In this document: piece after piece, positions 40,501-49,888 of the stretch
Position numbering within the stretch: the stretch's first letter is position 1
Layout of the letters: every line of letters starts with the position of its first letter
NCBI GenBank assembly: GCA_937875275.1
Contig: CALNCC010000146.1
Span: 12,229-76,228, forward strand
Direction: 5' to 3'
DNA length: 64,000 nt
Origin: an uncultured Dysgonomonas sp.
Lineage (GTDB): Bacteria; Bacteroidota; Bacteroidia; Bacteroidales; Dysgonomonadaceae
Position numbers and translations under genes: made by a program
Notes under the pieces: model-generated
Databases searched by the model: none
What the model was told of the DNA's origin: nothing
The model's input: the letters and a program-made list of their open reading frames with translations, nothing else

Positions 40501-42043
40501 CGATAACGGAAATATCGGAATTGGTTTTCTGAATACCGACTACTCTTTCTCCGACACTGTGTACATGAAAAAAGACCTGATCTATTTTAATAATATTGTA
40601 TTTACTGATAAGCATAACAATAAGGCAATTGGTAGTGGAAAGGTCGTACATGATTTCTTTAGTGATTTTATGTACAACATTGATCTGTCGGCATCCAATT
40701 TTATGGTATATAACTCTACCGAGAAGCAGAATCCTATATTCTGGGGGCAAGTTTTCGGTACAGGAAAAGCTGTTATTGATGGCGACGAGAGTGCCGTAGA
40801 CATCAATGTGAGCATGCGAACAAATGAAAATACGGTTGTTCGTATGAATTTCATGGAGGATGTTGTTAACGAATACTCATTTGTAACATTCAAGGAGCCT
40901 GACGAAAAAAAAGAAAACGCACAGGAAGGAGCAGACGTATTCAAACTGAAACCACTCGAAACAAAATCGGAGATGGAGGTCAATATGAACTTCTACATAG
41001 ATGCAACGTCCGACGCTGTCGCCGAACTGATTATGGATCCTATTGGAGGCGACATACTGAGAGGAACAGGCAATGGCGCCATTCAATTCATGTGGTCGAA
41101 TAAAACTTCGCCGTCTCTTTTTGGTACATATACCATAAACAGAGGAAGCTATAACTTTACTTTCCAAAAAATACTTGAACGTAAATTCTCGATACAAGAC
41201 GGTAGCACAATCCAATTCAGGGGCGACCCATTCGAAGCGACATTGGATGTTACTGCCCTATACAAAGTTACTGCCAATCTGAACGACTTAGATAAAAACA
41301 TAGCTCAGGCTACCGGGCAAACAAATATTCCTGTAAATTGCGTGCTGAATCTGGCTGGTCCGTTGAAGCACCCGAATGTTGGGCTGGATATATTGTTGCC
41401 AAACGCCGACTCGGAAGTAGAACGACAGATAAAGAGTCTGATGAATACGGAAGATATGATCAGTCGTCAGGTAACCTACTTATTGCTATTATCTAAGTTT
41501 TACACATCGAATACGGCAAATGTCGATCATCGTACTTCCGACTTTGCAGCAGTAGCCTCGGCGACACTTTCATCGCAGTTGAGCAAGATTGTGAGCCAAA
41601 TAGACGACAGGTGGCAATTGGGTACGAATATCAGAACGAGCGATGGAGATTTCAACAACACTGAAGTTGAACTCTTGTTGTCGAGCCAGTTGCTGAATGA
41701 TCGTTTGCTCATAAACGGCAACTTTGGATATAGGGAAGACAACCTCAACAATCAAAGTGTTCTGATCGGAGATGTGGATATAGAATTTTTACTCAACAAT
41801 TCGGGCACATGGCGTATCAAGGCATATAATCACTACAACGAGAAATATTATTATAATAAGCAAAATGCAGTGCAGACACAAGGTGTCGGCATCATGTATC
41901 GTAAAGACTTCGACGATCTGTTCGATCTGTTCGGCGTTAACAGAAAAACTCGCAAGAATAAAGCTGCTGAAACAAAACCTGTTTTACCGGATTCCGAAAC
42001 GAAAGATGATTCGCCGGATAACTTTGTTAAGATAAAAGAATAA
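37538..42043 (+). CDS. tamB: Translocation/assembly module TamB (AsmA-like, DUF490 C-terminus); probable ATC start
   Basis: ~1500 aa beta-taco-like repeats, C-terminal LLNDRLLINGNFGY..GDVDIE..TQGVGIMY; N-terminal anchor begins 19 codons before ATG 37595. Confidence 0.88.
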   Translation: MRKFKYIFLSVIGILAGLIMLVYGVLNTSSFQQYLKDIVVSELQDQLHTELKIGNLYIKPFNTIELDSVYLYGQKNEEILVAEKISAHVDLWHIVQKKLVITSAGISDFKISLSKDSLNSPLNIQYIIDAFKPKDDGGSKLKVKLNTIIIDNGQLDYNVLDQPAQEGIFDINHVSVKELNSRFRIRSVELDSMNIEVKALSLEEQGGFEIKNFKTRIITRDSIIHIKDFKLSLPNSLIATEKFNIDFSRIDSIKDIVNNSIIDIKFASSYITLADVAAFAPKLKYFTKPLSFDIDISGSADNINVENLEIYYGEDTHLMANVYAKDIRNMETMYIQGSINELNTTGTELTQILDNLLSNSKVPVHIESLGNISLSNHVSGYMKKLTTTVLLKTEQGNISLDAISGKDANNNIDYYIDGNLSADNIDLGNILKNNDLGSTSFDVKVEYKKPIKGELSSMADAHVEKIQYKGYSYKDINLYATYDGTLVEGEVKINDDLGYFYAGGFLDMKDKNKPELFFKARVDNLQLDDLNLSKKYENAYMSFGLQADITGRNIDDATGYIRVDTLYFQRDNLAYTLNKFELNIAETENTKTLKIESDVINGSVVGNYKLSSLKNSFEGVLAKYLPVLNQGKAPNKNPDDENDLDFLLKIENTEEISDILKLPVKIFTPATISGDYNDADDVFHLTLNAPDLKAGGMNIKNANILTYNSNDSVKIAIDAQVLGKKESINNVSITSGLAHNTINTNINLLNDGAQKANGKFFVATTLQREKDEPLQVEFDILPSSLLLNNAQWKLDKSHFSIRNGSYAVNGFNMYNEDNTQGIKINGRYSPLSSRDVLKVELNKIDLDYVFNTLAIDALKFGGRTTGNLLMSSIEGKPYINTRLDVDDFSFQGTKLGHLNLFSELDEQTNIVNLEGKILSKEDKYTTVGGTLDPVKQLLDLNFVADSVDIGFLHHYSQTVFSKVQGRGTGKVRLFGNFSSVTVEGVAHIDNGNIGIGFLNTDYSFSDTVYMKKDLIYFNNIVFTDKHNNKAIGSGKVVHDFFSDFMYNIDLSASNFMVYNSTEKQNPIFWGQVFGTGKAVIDGDESAVDINVSMRTNENTVVRMNFMEDVVNEYSFVTFKEPDEKKENAQEGADVFKLKPLETKSEMEVNMNFYIDATSDAVAELIMDPIGGDILRGTGNGAIQFMWSNKTSPSLFGTYTINRGSYNFTFQKILERKFSIQDGSTIQFRGDPFEATLDVTALYKVTANLNDLDKNIAQATGQTNIPVNCVLNLAGPLKHPNVGLDILLPNADSEVERQIKSLMNTEDMISRQVTYLLLLSKFYTSNTANVDHRTSDFAAVASATLSSQLSKIVSQIDDRWQLGTNIRTSDGDFNNTEVELLLSSQLLNDRLLINGNFGYREDNLNNQSVLIGDVDIEFLLNNSGTWRIKAYNHYNEKYYYNKQNAVQTQGVGIMYRKDFDDLFDLFGVNRKTRKNKAAETKPVLPDSETKDDSPDNFVKIKE

Positions 42044-43227
42044 TGGCGTTGACTGCTGATATGAAAGCTTTTGTTAGGTTGCATGAGAACGAAGATATTC
42101 ATTCGTTAATTTTGCAAGCTCGCAAATATCCTCGTATCGACATGAATATTGCTATCAGGCAAATAAGAGGTCGGCTTGCCGCAAAACAAAAATTACCGCT
42201 GTGGCATGAAAATGACGACATTCTCTATCCCGAATATATATCCCTCGAACAATGTTCGTCCCAGCCTACCGCCTTATATAAGTTGTCTTTATTCTCAGGC
42301 GATACGATGATCGATCTTACCGGTGGCTTGGGTGTTGACACATCATTTCTTTCGCACAACTTTCGCAAGGTTGTGTATGTAGAACGGAACAAAGCATTAG
42401 CCGAGATCACAGAGTGCAATTTCAAGACACTCGGATTAAATCATATTGAGGTTGTCGTAGCCGAAGCGGAAAATTATATTGGCACGATAGATGATCGTGT
42501 CGATTTGATATACATTGATCCGGCTCGGCGAGACGATATAGGCAAGAAGGTAGTAAAAATAGAAGACTGCTCCCCTAACCTACTCCTATTGGAGAATGTT
42601 CTCAAACAAAAAGCCAATAAAGTACTGATCAAATATTCTCCGATGCTCGACATATCACAGGCAGTAAAAGAGCTTTCTAATATATCTGAGGTGCATATTG
42701 TCAGCTACATGAATGAATGTAAAGAATTACTTTTTGTGCAGGATAGGAGTGTCGAAAATCCCGAACTGACCTATCGTTGCATCAACATAAAGAAAGATGG
42801 AAGCGATGACCGATTTGTTTTCCGTAGAGAAGATGAGCATGTAGATATATCGTACACTCCGAATATTGGCAAATATCTGTACGAACCGAATACTTCTATA
42901 CTCAAAGCCGGAGCCTACAAATCTATTGCACACAGATATAAGCTATCTAAGCTCCATGCAAATAGTCATTTATACACTTCCGATAATTTAGTCGTTGATT
43001 TTCCCGGACGGATATTCGAGGTGCAAGATGCAATATCAATGAATAAGCAGGAGTTAAAAAAAACGTTGACAGGCATCACGCATGCAAATATTACAGTTCG
43101 CAATTTCCCGTTGACAGTCGACGATCTCAGGAAAAGACTGAAACTAAAAGATGGAGGCAGCACATATATTTTTGCTACCACCACCTCCGATAATTCCAAG
43201 ATATTGATCCTTTGTGCGAAACATTAA
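42043..43227 (+). CDS. Class I SAM-dependent methyltransferase with THUMP-like C-terminal domain
   Basis: SLEQCSS, DLTGGLGVD, YIDPARR, KYSPMLD, LYEPN, VRNFP; coupled to the tamB stop (TAATG). Confidence 0.88.
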   Translation: MALTADMKAFVRLHENEDIHSLILQARKYPRIDMNIAIRQIRGRLAAKQKLPLWHENDDILYPEYISLEQCSSQPTALYKLSLFSGDTMIDLTGGLGVDTSFLSHNFRKVVYVERNKALAEITECNFKTLGLNHIEVVVAEAENYIGTIDDRVDLIYIDPARRDDIGKKVVKIEDCSPNLLLLENVLKQKANKVLIKYSPMLDISQAVKELSNISEVHIVSYMNECKELLFVQDRSVENPELTYRCINIKKDGSDDRFVFRREDEHVDISYTPNIGKYLYEPNTSILKAGAYKSIAHRYKLSKLHANSHLYTSDNLVVDFPGRIFEVQDAISMNKQELKKTLTGITHANITVRNFPLTVDDLRKRLKLKDGGSTYIFATTTSDNSKILILCAKH

Positions 43228-46196
43228 TCTTTTTCGGGTTTTACAACCACTCCCACACCCGTTTTCCCATCTATCTTAGCCACAATAGGCTTATCAAATC
43301 TGACATGACGCAGCGAATCTGATTCGTATAGTGCAGGCAAAGAGTCGAGATACTGTTCGTCAAAAAAATTCCCTTCTGCCGATGTGGTATTTATAGAAAA
43401 ATAACCAACGCCGAAAGAAGTCAGATTGTGGAAGAAATGAGTTCCCTGACTTGGTTCGATGCGGTAATTGTCAAGTTCGAGTTCGACCAATAGTTTTGCA
43501 TTGCTGATATGCGACCATTTGATAGGAATGCCAAGCCAATGATCGCTACTGCCCCATCTGCCGGGCCCCACCAAATAGTAGTTACTATCATTTTCCAAAA
43601 ATTGACAGTTCAACACTTCTATTTCGTCTACGATCGAAAAATTCAGATTAGGATTATAATTTTTCGTTTTCACATATATGATATCATACACATCGTTTGT
43701 TATCCCGTGTCCCATAGCCATTTGCGAATAGAGAATTGTTGTATCAGGTTTTATTCCCGACAAATCTTCATCCAACATCTCTTTGTTCTGTACAATCGGT
43801 CTAATTTGTAAGGGGTAGAAATATGCATTTTCGAAACTTCTCAAATTAGCAGCAAATTCGATCTCTACTGCTCGTCCCATTTCTTTTTCTCCGATCCTCA
43901 ATATCTCTTTTAAGATTTCGGCTAAAGGGAAAAGATCATGTTCCAAAATCTGAGAGAATGAGATAATTTTACGCCCTTTCACCTCTTCGTAATATCCATC
44001 ATATATCGTCTGCTCGGTGGCATCGTATGTAGAGGCTATTAGTCTTAACGAATCATCCTTCTCGGCATCTTTAATTTTCAGTTTCAGTATATTATAACCG
44101 TCGTTTGTTGTTATCTGATGTTCTGTTTCTGATATGTCGAGAGCATAAAAAAATCGCTGGGTATCCCTTAACGCAAATTCTACCGAACTGAGTTGCATAA
44201 TGTTGCGCGGATGATATGGCGAAAAGCGTAAATTTTCGCCCCCTTCTACAATATATTTACCTAATCCGAAAACGATATTAACAATGCCTTCCTCCGGTTT
44301 CTCATTTCCCACAGGATAGTAATTGAGCGAACGAGCCACACCGGATATTGTAGGATAGAAACGCTCATCGTTGTATGACGTACCGATAACTTCCTGCAAA
44401 ATGATTGCCATTTTTTCCTGATCGATAACATTCTGTGTGGCAAGCATATAGGTTTTACTTTCTTTGTAAAACACTGAAGCATAGACTGCTTTGATAGATG
44501 CCGTCATCGAATGCAGGGTCTTATATTTATCCTTCAAATTAGGAATCATATAGGTCGAATACACTCCGGCAAACGGCTGATAATGTGAATCTTCCAAGAG
44601 GCTCGACGAACGTATGGCGATGGGTCCTTTTATAGATTCGATGAATGCCATAAAATCTTCTAACAAGCGATTGGGAAGTCTTGCATCTAAAAAGCTACGA
44701 AGAATTTCGTCATCGCTCACATCGGAAAGAGCTATGGAATACAAATCATTCGTTTCCATAAATTCATCAAATATGTCGGTACATAAAACGACTGTGCGAG
44801 GAATACGAACCAACAGATTTATATGCTCATTCAGTTCCGAGTGCTCTTTCACCAGGTTATCCATGAAAGCTATGCTTCGAGCCTTACCCCCTATCGAACC
44901 GTCTCCTATACGGGCAAAGTTGGAATATTCGTCATATCTGTCTTTCTCAAAAACGGCTACAACCCCCGAGTTCTTCAATCTACGATATTTGATGATAGAG
45001 TTGTGTATAACATTCCTCGCCTCGTCTGTGCTTTTAAAGTCTGATGCGTCTATCTCTTTCAACACCTCCGCGATAGGGAATATTGCTCTCGAATAAAAGA
45101 ATCGTGAAAAATGGTGCTGCTTCATATGATAAATGAGCGCGTCATCCGGAATCTCATATATATTCTTTTGCAGATCTTTTAGATTCCTTATTCTGAAAAT
45201 CTCTTCTTTTGTCTGTGGATTTTTTATAGAGAATACTCCAAATCCAAAATTATTGATTACCTGCCTCTTGAGATCCCCGGGAAACGTTTTTGAATTTTTG
45301 TCTATGAAGGGAGATTCCAACTTGTCTGCATATTCCTTGTTGTTCTTCTCTGACGACGTGAACACTATTGGCAGGAATGGATCATGATTTTTTACTTTCT
45401 CGGCGAAAGCATATCCCGCAATAGGGTCTTTCACGCCTTCATGCTCATAACTCATGTCGGTAATAATACCCAATATATTTTTCCTGTATTTATTGTATAC
45501 ACTTATAGCTTCTTCATAGTTTCTTGCTAAAAGGATTTTGGGCCGTCCACGCATACGCAGCATTTGTTCGTGTTCGTTCAATGCTTCCTTCGAAAACTCT
45601 CTTGACTCTTCTAAAATAATCTTGAATAGAGTTGGCAGTGCCGATGAATAGAAACGGACAGAATCCTCGACAAGAAGGATGGCTTGCACACCTACACTTT
45701 GTGTGTCGGTTTCCACATTCATCTTATCCTCAATCAATTTTATTACCGCCAACAACAAATCGGAGTTGCCCAACCAACTGAAAACATAATCGACTGACGA
45801 TAGATTTTCTTTCGATAATCTTTTCGACACCTCTTTTGAGAAAGGAGTGAGAACCACATAGTATATGTCGGGATACATCGTCTTGATGGTTCTTGCTATG
45901 GAGAAGTTATCTTTTTCCTCCATATTGGGCATCTGTATTATCAGCTCATAATGATTTGTTTGTAATTCGTTCATTATCTCATTCTCTGTTTTTACCATTG
46001 TGAAACGAGGGGGATAACGTAGATTTAATGATGTATATTCATTGAATATTTGTTCATCTATCCGTCCGTTATCTTCGAGAATGAATGAATCGTATTTGGT
46101 TGCAATCAGAAGTATATTATATATGCGCTTGTTCATCAAACTTGCGAACGAAGTATCTTTGAAACGCAAAGCATTTATGTCTGTTATCTTTGTCAT
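43224..46196 (-). CDS. Receiver-domain + PEP/pyruvate-binding (PPDK_N) protein
   Basis: REC-like N-terminal modules; GSIGGKA, AIRSSSLLEDSHYQPFAGVYST, MAIILQEV, VEIEFA, LQIRP, GPGRWGS, SQGTHFFHN. Confidence 0.88.
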   Translation of the reverse strand: MTKITDINALRFKDTSFASLMNKRIYNILLIATKYDSFILEDNGRIDEQIFNEYTSLNLRYPPRFTMVKTENEIMNELQTNHYELIIQMPNMEEKDNFSIARTIKTMYPDIYYVVLTPFSKEVSKRLSKENLSSVDYVFSWLGNSDLLLAVIKLIEDKMNVETDTQSVGVQAILLVEDSVRFYSSALPTLFKIILEESREFSKEALNEHEQMLRMRGRPKILLARNYEEAISVYNKYRKNILGIITDMSYEHEGVKDPIAGYAFAEKVKNHDPFLPIVFTSSEKNNKEYADKLESPFIDKNSKTFPGDLKRQVINNFGFGVFSIKNPQTKEEIFRIRNLKDLQKNIYEIPDDALIYHMKQHHFSRFFYSRAIFPIAEVLKEIDASDFKSTDEARNVIHNSIIKYRRLKNSGVVAVFEKDRYDEYSNFARIGDGSIGGKARSIAFMDNLVKEHSELNEHINLLVRIPRTVVLCTDIFDEFMETNDLYSIALSDVSDDEILRSFLDARLPNRLLEDFMAFIESIKGPIAIRSSSLLEDSHYQPFAGVYSTYMIPNLKDKYKTLHSMTASIKAVYASVFYKESKTYMLATQNVIDQEKMAIILQEVIGTSYNDERFYPTISGVARSLNYYPVGNEKPEEGIVNIVFGLGKYIVEGGENLRFSPYHPRNIMQLSSVEFALRDTQRFFYALDISETEHQITTNDGYNILKLKIKDAEKDDSLRLIASTYDATEQTIYDGYYEEVKGRKIISFSQILEHDLFPLAEILKEILRIGEKEMGRAVEIEFAANLRSFENAYFYPLQIRPIVQNKEMLDEDLSGIKPDTTILYSQMAMGHGITNDVYDIIYVKTKNYNPNLNFSIVDEIEVLNCQFLENDSNYYLVGPGRWGSSDHWLGIPIKWSHISNAKLLVELELDNYRIEPSQGTHFFHNLTSFGVGYFSINTTSAEGNFFDEQYLDSLPALYESDSLRHVRFDKPIVAKIDGKTGVGVVVKPEKD

Positions 46197-46365
46197 TATT
46201 TATGGTTTTTAGCAGAATAAACAAATATACAAAAAGAAGAGAACATTGTAAAAAGCCAGCAAACCTATATTTATCAAAAATAAAAACCTTCCTCAAAATT
46301 GTATGAAATGCGAGGTTAAGCCTCAAAATTAGGTTATCTTTGTTGTCAAATATATTCGTTACATT

Positions 46366-47262
46366 ATGGGACGGAAAATAAGATCCTATGTTATGCCTAT
46401 CGCCATGCTGATAGGTATTGTGTTTTATTCGCAGATACACCTCTTGGGGTCGATAACACCTTATCTGGTAGCTGTTATGCTTTTTATTTCTTATTCGAGC
46501 ATTGATCCGAGAAAGATCCGCATAAGCAGATTACACCTTATTCTACTTTTCATACAAGTTGCCGGAAGCGCACTTATATATTTACTCATCAACCCCTTCT
46601 CATCGCTTGTCGCTCAAGCTGCAATGATCTGCCTGCTTGCACCTACGGCAACATCGGCAATTGTCATTACTCATATTCTGGGCGGAAATGAAGAGAGCCT
46701 GACAACATACAGCCTGCTCAGCAATCTGGTGGTAATTATGGTTGCACCTTTCTATTTTAGCTTTGTCGGATACAGACAGGATATATCTTTTTTAGAGTCT
46801 TCGTGGTCTATCTTTTATGAAGTATTTTTCATATTACTGTTCCCTTTAATACTGGCTATGTTATTGAAATATATGCTACCAACCGTTCATGGTTATGTAA
46901 TACGACACAGAGGAGCTTCCTTCTATCTGTGGACTGTGGCTTTGGTTATAGTCTCAGCTAAAACGACTCAATTCATTATCGACCAAGGGACAGGCAATTA
47001 CAAAACAGAAGTGCTGATAGGCATAGTCTCACTGCTGGTATGTGTGATGCAATTTGTTCTCGGCAAACAGATCGGACAACGATATAGCGATCGTATAGCC
47101 GGCGGACAAGGGTTGGGACAAAAGAATACGGTATTGGCAATATGGATGGCTCAGTCGTTTCTGAATCCGATATCATCCATCGGGCCGGGTATGTATATTG
47201 TATGGCAGAATGTAATCAATTCGTATCAAGTGTGGAAAAAAAACACAGAAAGAATTGGCTGA
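46366..47262 (+). CDS. Bile acid:sodium symporter (BASS)-like transporter
   Basis: Multiple TMs; APTATSAIVIT..LGG, GQKNTVLAIWMA, WQNVINS. Confidence 0.82.
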   Translation: MGRKIRSYVMPIAMLIGIVFYSQIHLLGSITPYLVAVMLFISYSSIDPRKIRISRLHLILLFIQVAGSALIYLLINPFSSLVAQAAMICLLAPTATSAIVITHILGGNEESLTTYSLLSNLVVIMVAPFYFSFVGYRQDISFLESSWSIFYEVFFILLFPLILAMLLKYMLPTVHGYVIRHRGASFYLWTVALVIVSAKTTQFIIDQGTGNYKTEVLIGIVSLLVCVMQFVLGKQIGQRYSDRIAGGQGLGQKNTVLAIWMAQSFLNPISSIGPGMYIVWQNVINSYQVWKKNTERIG

Positions 47263-48387
47263 TTAGCTTTTATCCTTTTCAGCGTTCAGCACTACATTTT
47301 TCATGTATTCAAATTCCATCTCGAAACATTCTCCGAATATTTCATCTTTAAAATTCTCTTCAATCTGTTTTATCGTCCAGAATTTACCGGTCATCCGACC
47401 ATCTTTTTTTATTGAGTTCATATCCGGCACATTCATAGCGAATAAAAATATCAGTCGTTTTGTTTTTTCATTTTCGAATGTATACTTTAAAATAAACTTT
47501 AGGTCTGCATCATCGTATCCGTTCATCATACGTGTTATACTATTTCTTGCGGCAAGATTGATTTCATGACTGAAAAGCATATATTTTTCGAATGGGTAGT
47601 CTAACTTACCGGCATCAAAAACATCATTTACCGACCTATTCTGCAAATATATCTGATCGCCAGAGATTAAGGCGACGCGTACAACGGGATGCATAAACTT
47701 ATTTTTCATATTCAGCGATACCGATTTGGCTATACGTCCCGTAACTTCACCTTTAGGAGTAATGATCGGCAACCATTCTTCCTTGCTCAGGCGGGTAAAA
47801 ATCAGACTACGCTTTACTGCCTCATAAACAATAATGAATATGATAAAGAAAACCGGCACACCTATATAAACAACCGTATCGACGGCAGATGTATGCAGAA
47901 TATTTATATCTGTATTGTTGAAATATTTGTATAACAAGATGAAAAATAGATGAAATGCACTAAGCAATTGTATGATTTTTACCATATGATAAAACTCATG
48001 CAATACTGTTTTATGAAGCAAACCTTTTTTGTGAGTAAATCGACTTTTAATAAAGGTTTTGTTGATGCTGATTATTGAGTATAATGTGAATATTACAATC
48101 TCGGCAAAAGCCACAGTTATATATTCAGAATCAACATATCTTTTAGATATTGTCCAGAAAACAAAGGTAGTACCAATAGATATCGCCGAAACAACAAATG
48201 ATATGCTGAATATTTTACTGACAGAAAAGTAGCGATATAAGAAATCTCCGGTTACAGATAACACAAATGGTATAGCAAATACAACAATCTCATTGCCTAC
48301 AGTCTCTATCAATATATAAAAAATAAGTAAGGGCAGCAGCCCCATTGTTGTGCATAAGGAAAATCCTTTTATTGTGTTCTTGGGCAT
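47263..48387 (-). CDS. Membrane protein with degenerate C-terminal NUDIX-like domain
   Basis: About 6 TMs then EEWLPII..GEVTGR..HPVVRV..IYLQNR..GKLD..GKFWTIKQIE; Nudix-box glutamates absent. Confidence 0.7.
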   Translation of the reverse strand: MPKNTIKGFSLCTTMGLLPLLIFYILIETVGNEIVVFAIPFVLSVTGDFLYRYFSVSKIFSISFVVSAISIGTTFVFWTISKRYVDSEYITVAFAEIVIFTLYSIISINKTFIKSRFTHKKGLLHKTVLHEFYHMVKIIQLLSAFHLFFILLYKYFNNTDINILHTSAVDTVVYIGVPVFFIIFIIVYEAVKRSLIFTRLSKEEWLPIITPKGEVTGRIAKSVSLNMKNKFMHPVVRVALISGDQIYLQNRSVNDVFDAGKLDYPFEKYMLFSHEINLAARNSITRMMNGYDDADLKFILKYTFENEKTKRLIFLFAMNVPDMNSIKKDGRMTGKFWTIKQIEENFKDEIFGECFEMEFEYMKNVVLNAEKDKS

Positions 48388-48517
48388 AAAATACTTATTT
48401 TGTGAACTTGCGTCGTGCTTTTTGTTATTTAAACAAAAATAGGTAGATATTGTTTTTATGCTCGATAGATAAAAAACAATAAAAGAACGACAGGCAGTAA
48501 AGAAAATCCGTATTTTA

Positions 48518-49006
48518 TTATTTTGAGGATTTGAAGGTGAATAGCTTGTTGATTATGAATTGCAACATGGCAACAAACAATGTAGCTATAATTTTCGCGA
48601 ACATATCATTCATCGAAAAGTGTTGTACCAGAAAAGTAAACAAGGATGTACTGACAATGAGCCCGACAGAGGCGATCCCTGCAAATGACAGAAATCTCTT
48701 CAATTTTTTATCCGTAACCTTGAATGTGAAGTAACTATTCAGTATAAAATTATTAGTAATAGCGATAACAGAAGAAATAATATGCGATATACTTCCGTTT
48801 ACAGTAGTAGGTTCTACAAACACGCCAATGGCACGAAGTTGATCGCTGATGAAACCAGAGAACGGATACGAAACCGATATTATGTGCACCAACAGGTAGA
48901 ACACGCTAAGTTCGATAAGTAGCCCGACTCCGCCTACCAAGCCGTATTTCAGAAATTCTTTAAAGGCTTTACTTTTCAGGATATCTATGATAAAGTTTGT
49001 AGTCAT
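48518..49006 (-). CDS. GtrA family protein (lipid-linked sugar translocase)
   Basis: FLKYGLVG, NFILNSYFTF, AKIIA..QFIINKLFTF; ATG 49006 lies downstream of the -7 box at 49034-49041. Confidence 0.88.
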   Translation of the reverse strand: MTTNFIIDILKSKAFKEFLKYGLVGGVGLLIELSVFYLLVHIISVSYPFSGFISDQLRAIGVFVEPTTVNGSISHIISSVIAITNNFILNSYFTFKVTDKKLKRFLSFAGIASVGLIVSTSLFTFLVQHFSMNDMFAKIIATLFVAMLQFIINKLFTFKSSK

Positions 49007-49033
49007 TAGATGATTTTTGTATTTTATCGGCTT

Positions 49034-49069
49034 CAAAGATATAAGTTTTGTGTAATACTTCTATCTTTG
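49034..49069. promoter_or_regulatory. Back-to-back divergent -7 boxes (TATCTTTG on each strand) for gtrA and the DUF151 gene
   Basis: CAAAGATA at 49034-49041 and TATCTTTG at 49062-49069. Confidence 0.65.
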
Positions 49070-49173
49070 ATATATCTTATTTTTAATCGGAGATATCATC
49101 AGGGTATCTAAAACATCATTCTCAATAGATCATAATCCACTGGATATGTGGTACAAATCAGACTAAGTGAAAT

Positions 49174-49788
49174 ATGGATGACAAAGTAAAAGTTTCAGTT
49201 TTAGGTTTTTCTTTCAACCAGGCAAGAACAGGTGCATACGGATTGGTGCTTGCCGAAGATGACGGTGTACGCCGTCTGATGGTTATTGTAGGTACACCCG
49301 AAGCGCAGGCAATTGCATTCAAACTACAAAACACGCCTCCTCCTCGCCCTTTGACTCATGATTTGATACAATCAATCATGAGTGAATTTAACCTCACCCT
49401 GATGGAGGTAAATATTTACAAATATGTAGACGGTATTTTTTATTCAAAATTAGTGATGGAAAATCAGGGACGCATATCCGAAGTCGAGTCTCGCACATCC
49501 GATGCCGTAGGAATAGCCTTGAGAACCAATTCTCCAATTTATACGACAGAGCAGATAATGCAGGAGTTCAGTGTCGTATTCAAAGAAGGTGAAGGTGAAG
49601 GTGAAGCCGAAAATGACAAGAAAAACGCCATTAAGTCGCAAGTCGGTATCCCATTCGATTACACATCGCTAAGCCCAAGCGAACTATCTGCCATGCTAAA
49701 GGATGCACTGAAAGGCGAAAATTACGAACAGGCATCTATTCTCAGAGATGAGATAAATAAAAAGAAGAAGACAGACTCCAATAGATAG
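49174..49788 (+). CDS. Bifunctional nuclease family (DUF151) protein with UvrB/UvrC motif
   Basis: GTPEAQAIA, PRPLTHDL, SRTSDAVGIALR, ENYEQASILRDEI. Confidence 0.92.
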   Translation: MDDKVKVSVLGFSFNQARTGAYGLVLAEDDGVRRLMVIVGTPEAQAIAFKLQNTPPPRPLTHDLIQSIMSEFNLTLMEVNIYKYVDGIFYSKLVMENQGRISEVESRTSDAVGIALRTNSPIYTTEQIMQEFSVVFKEGEGEGEAENDKKNAIKSQVGIPFDYTSLSPSELSAMLKDALKGENYEQASILRDEINKKKKTDSNR

Positions 49789-49888
49789 TAAATGCTCCAT
49801 AGATCAGAGAATCATCAATAGAAAACCGTGTTGTTCTATGCAAAAATCGTATCTTTGCAGGAAAGTATTTTACAAAACCAAATAAATA

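Noticed and set aside
49585-49606. (GAAGGT)3 microsatellite in the DUF151 gene as a phase-variation switch
   Set aside because: A hexamer unit keeps the frame and only changes an EGEGEG linker.
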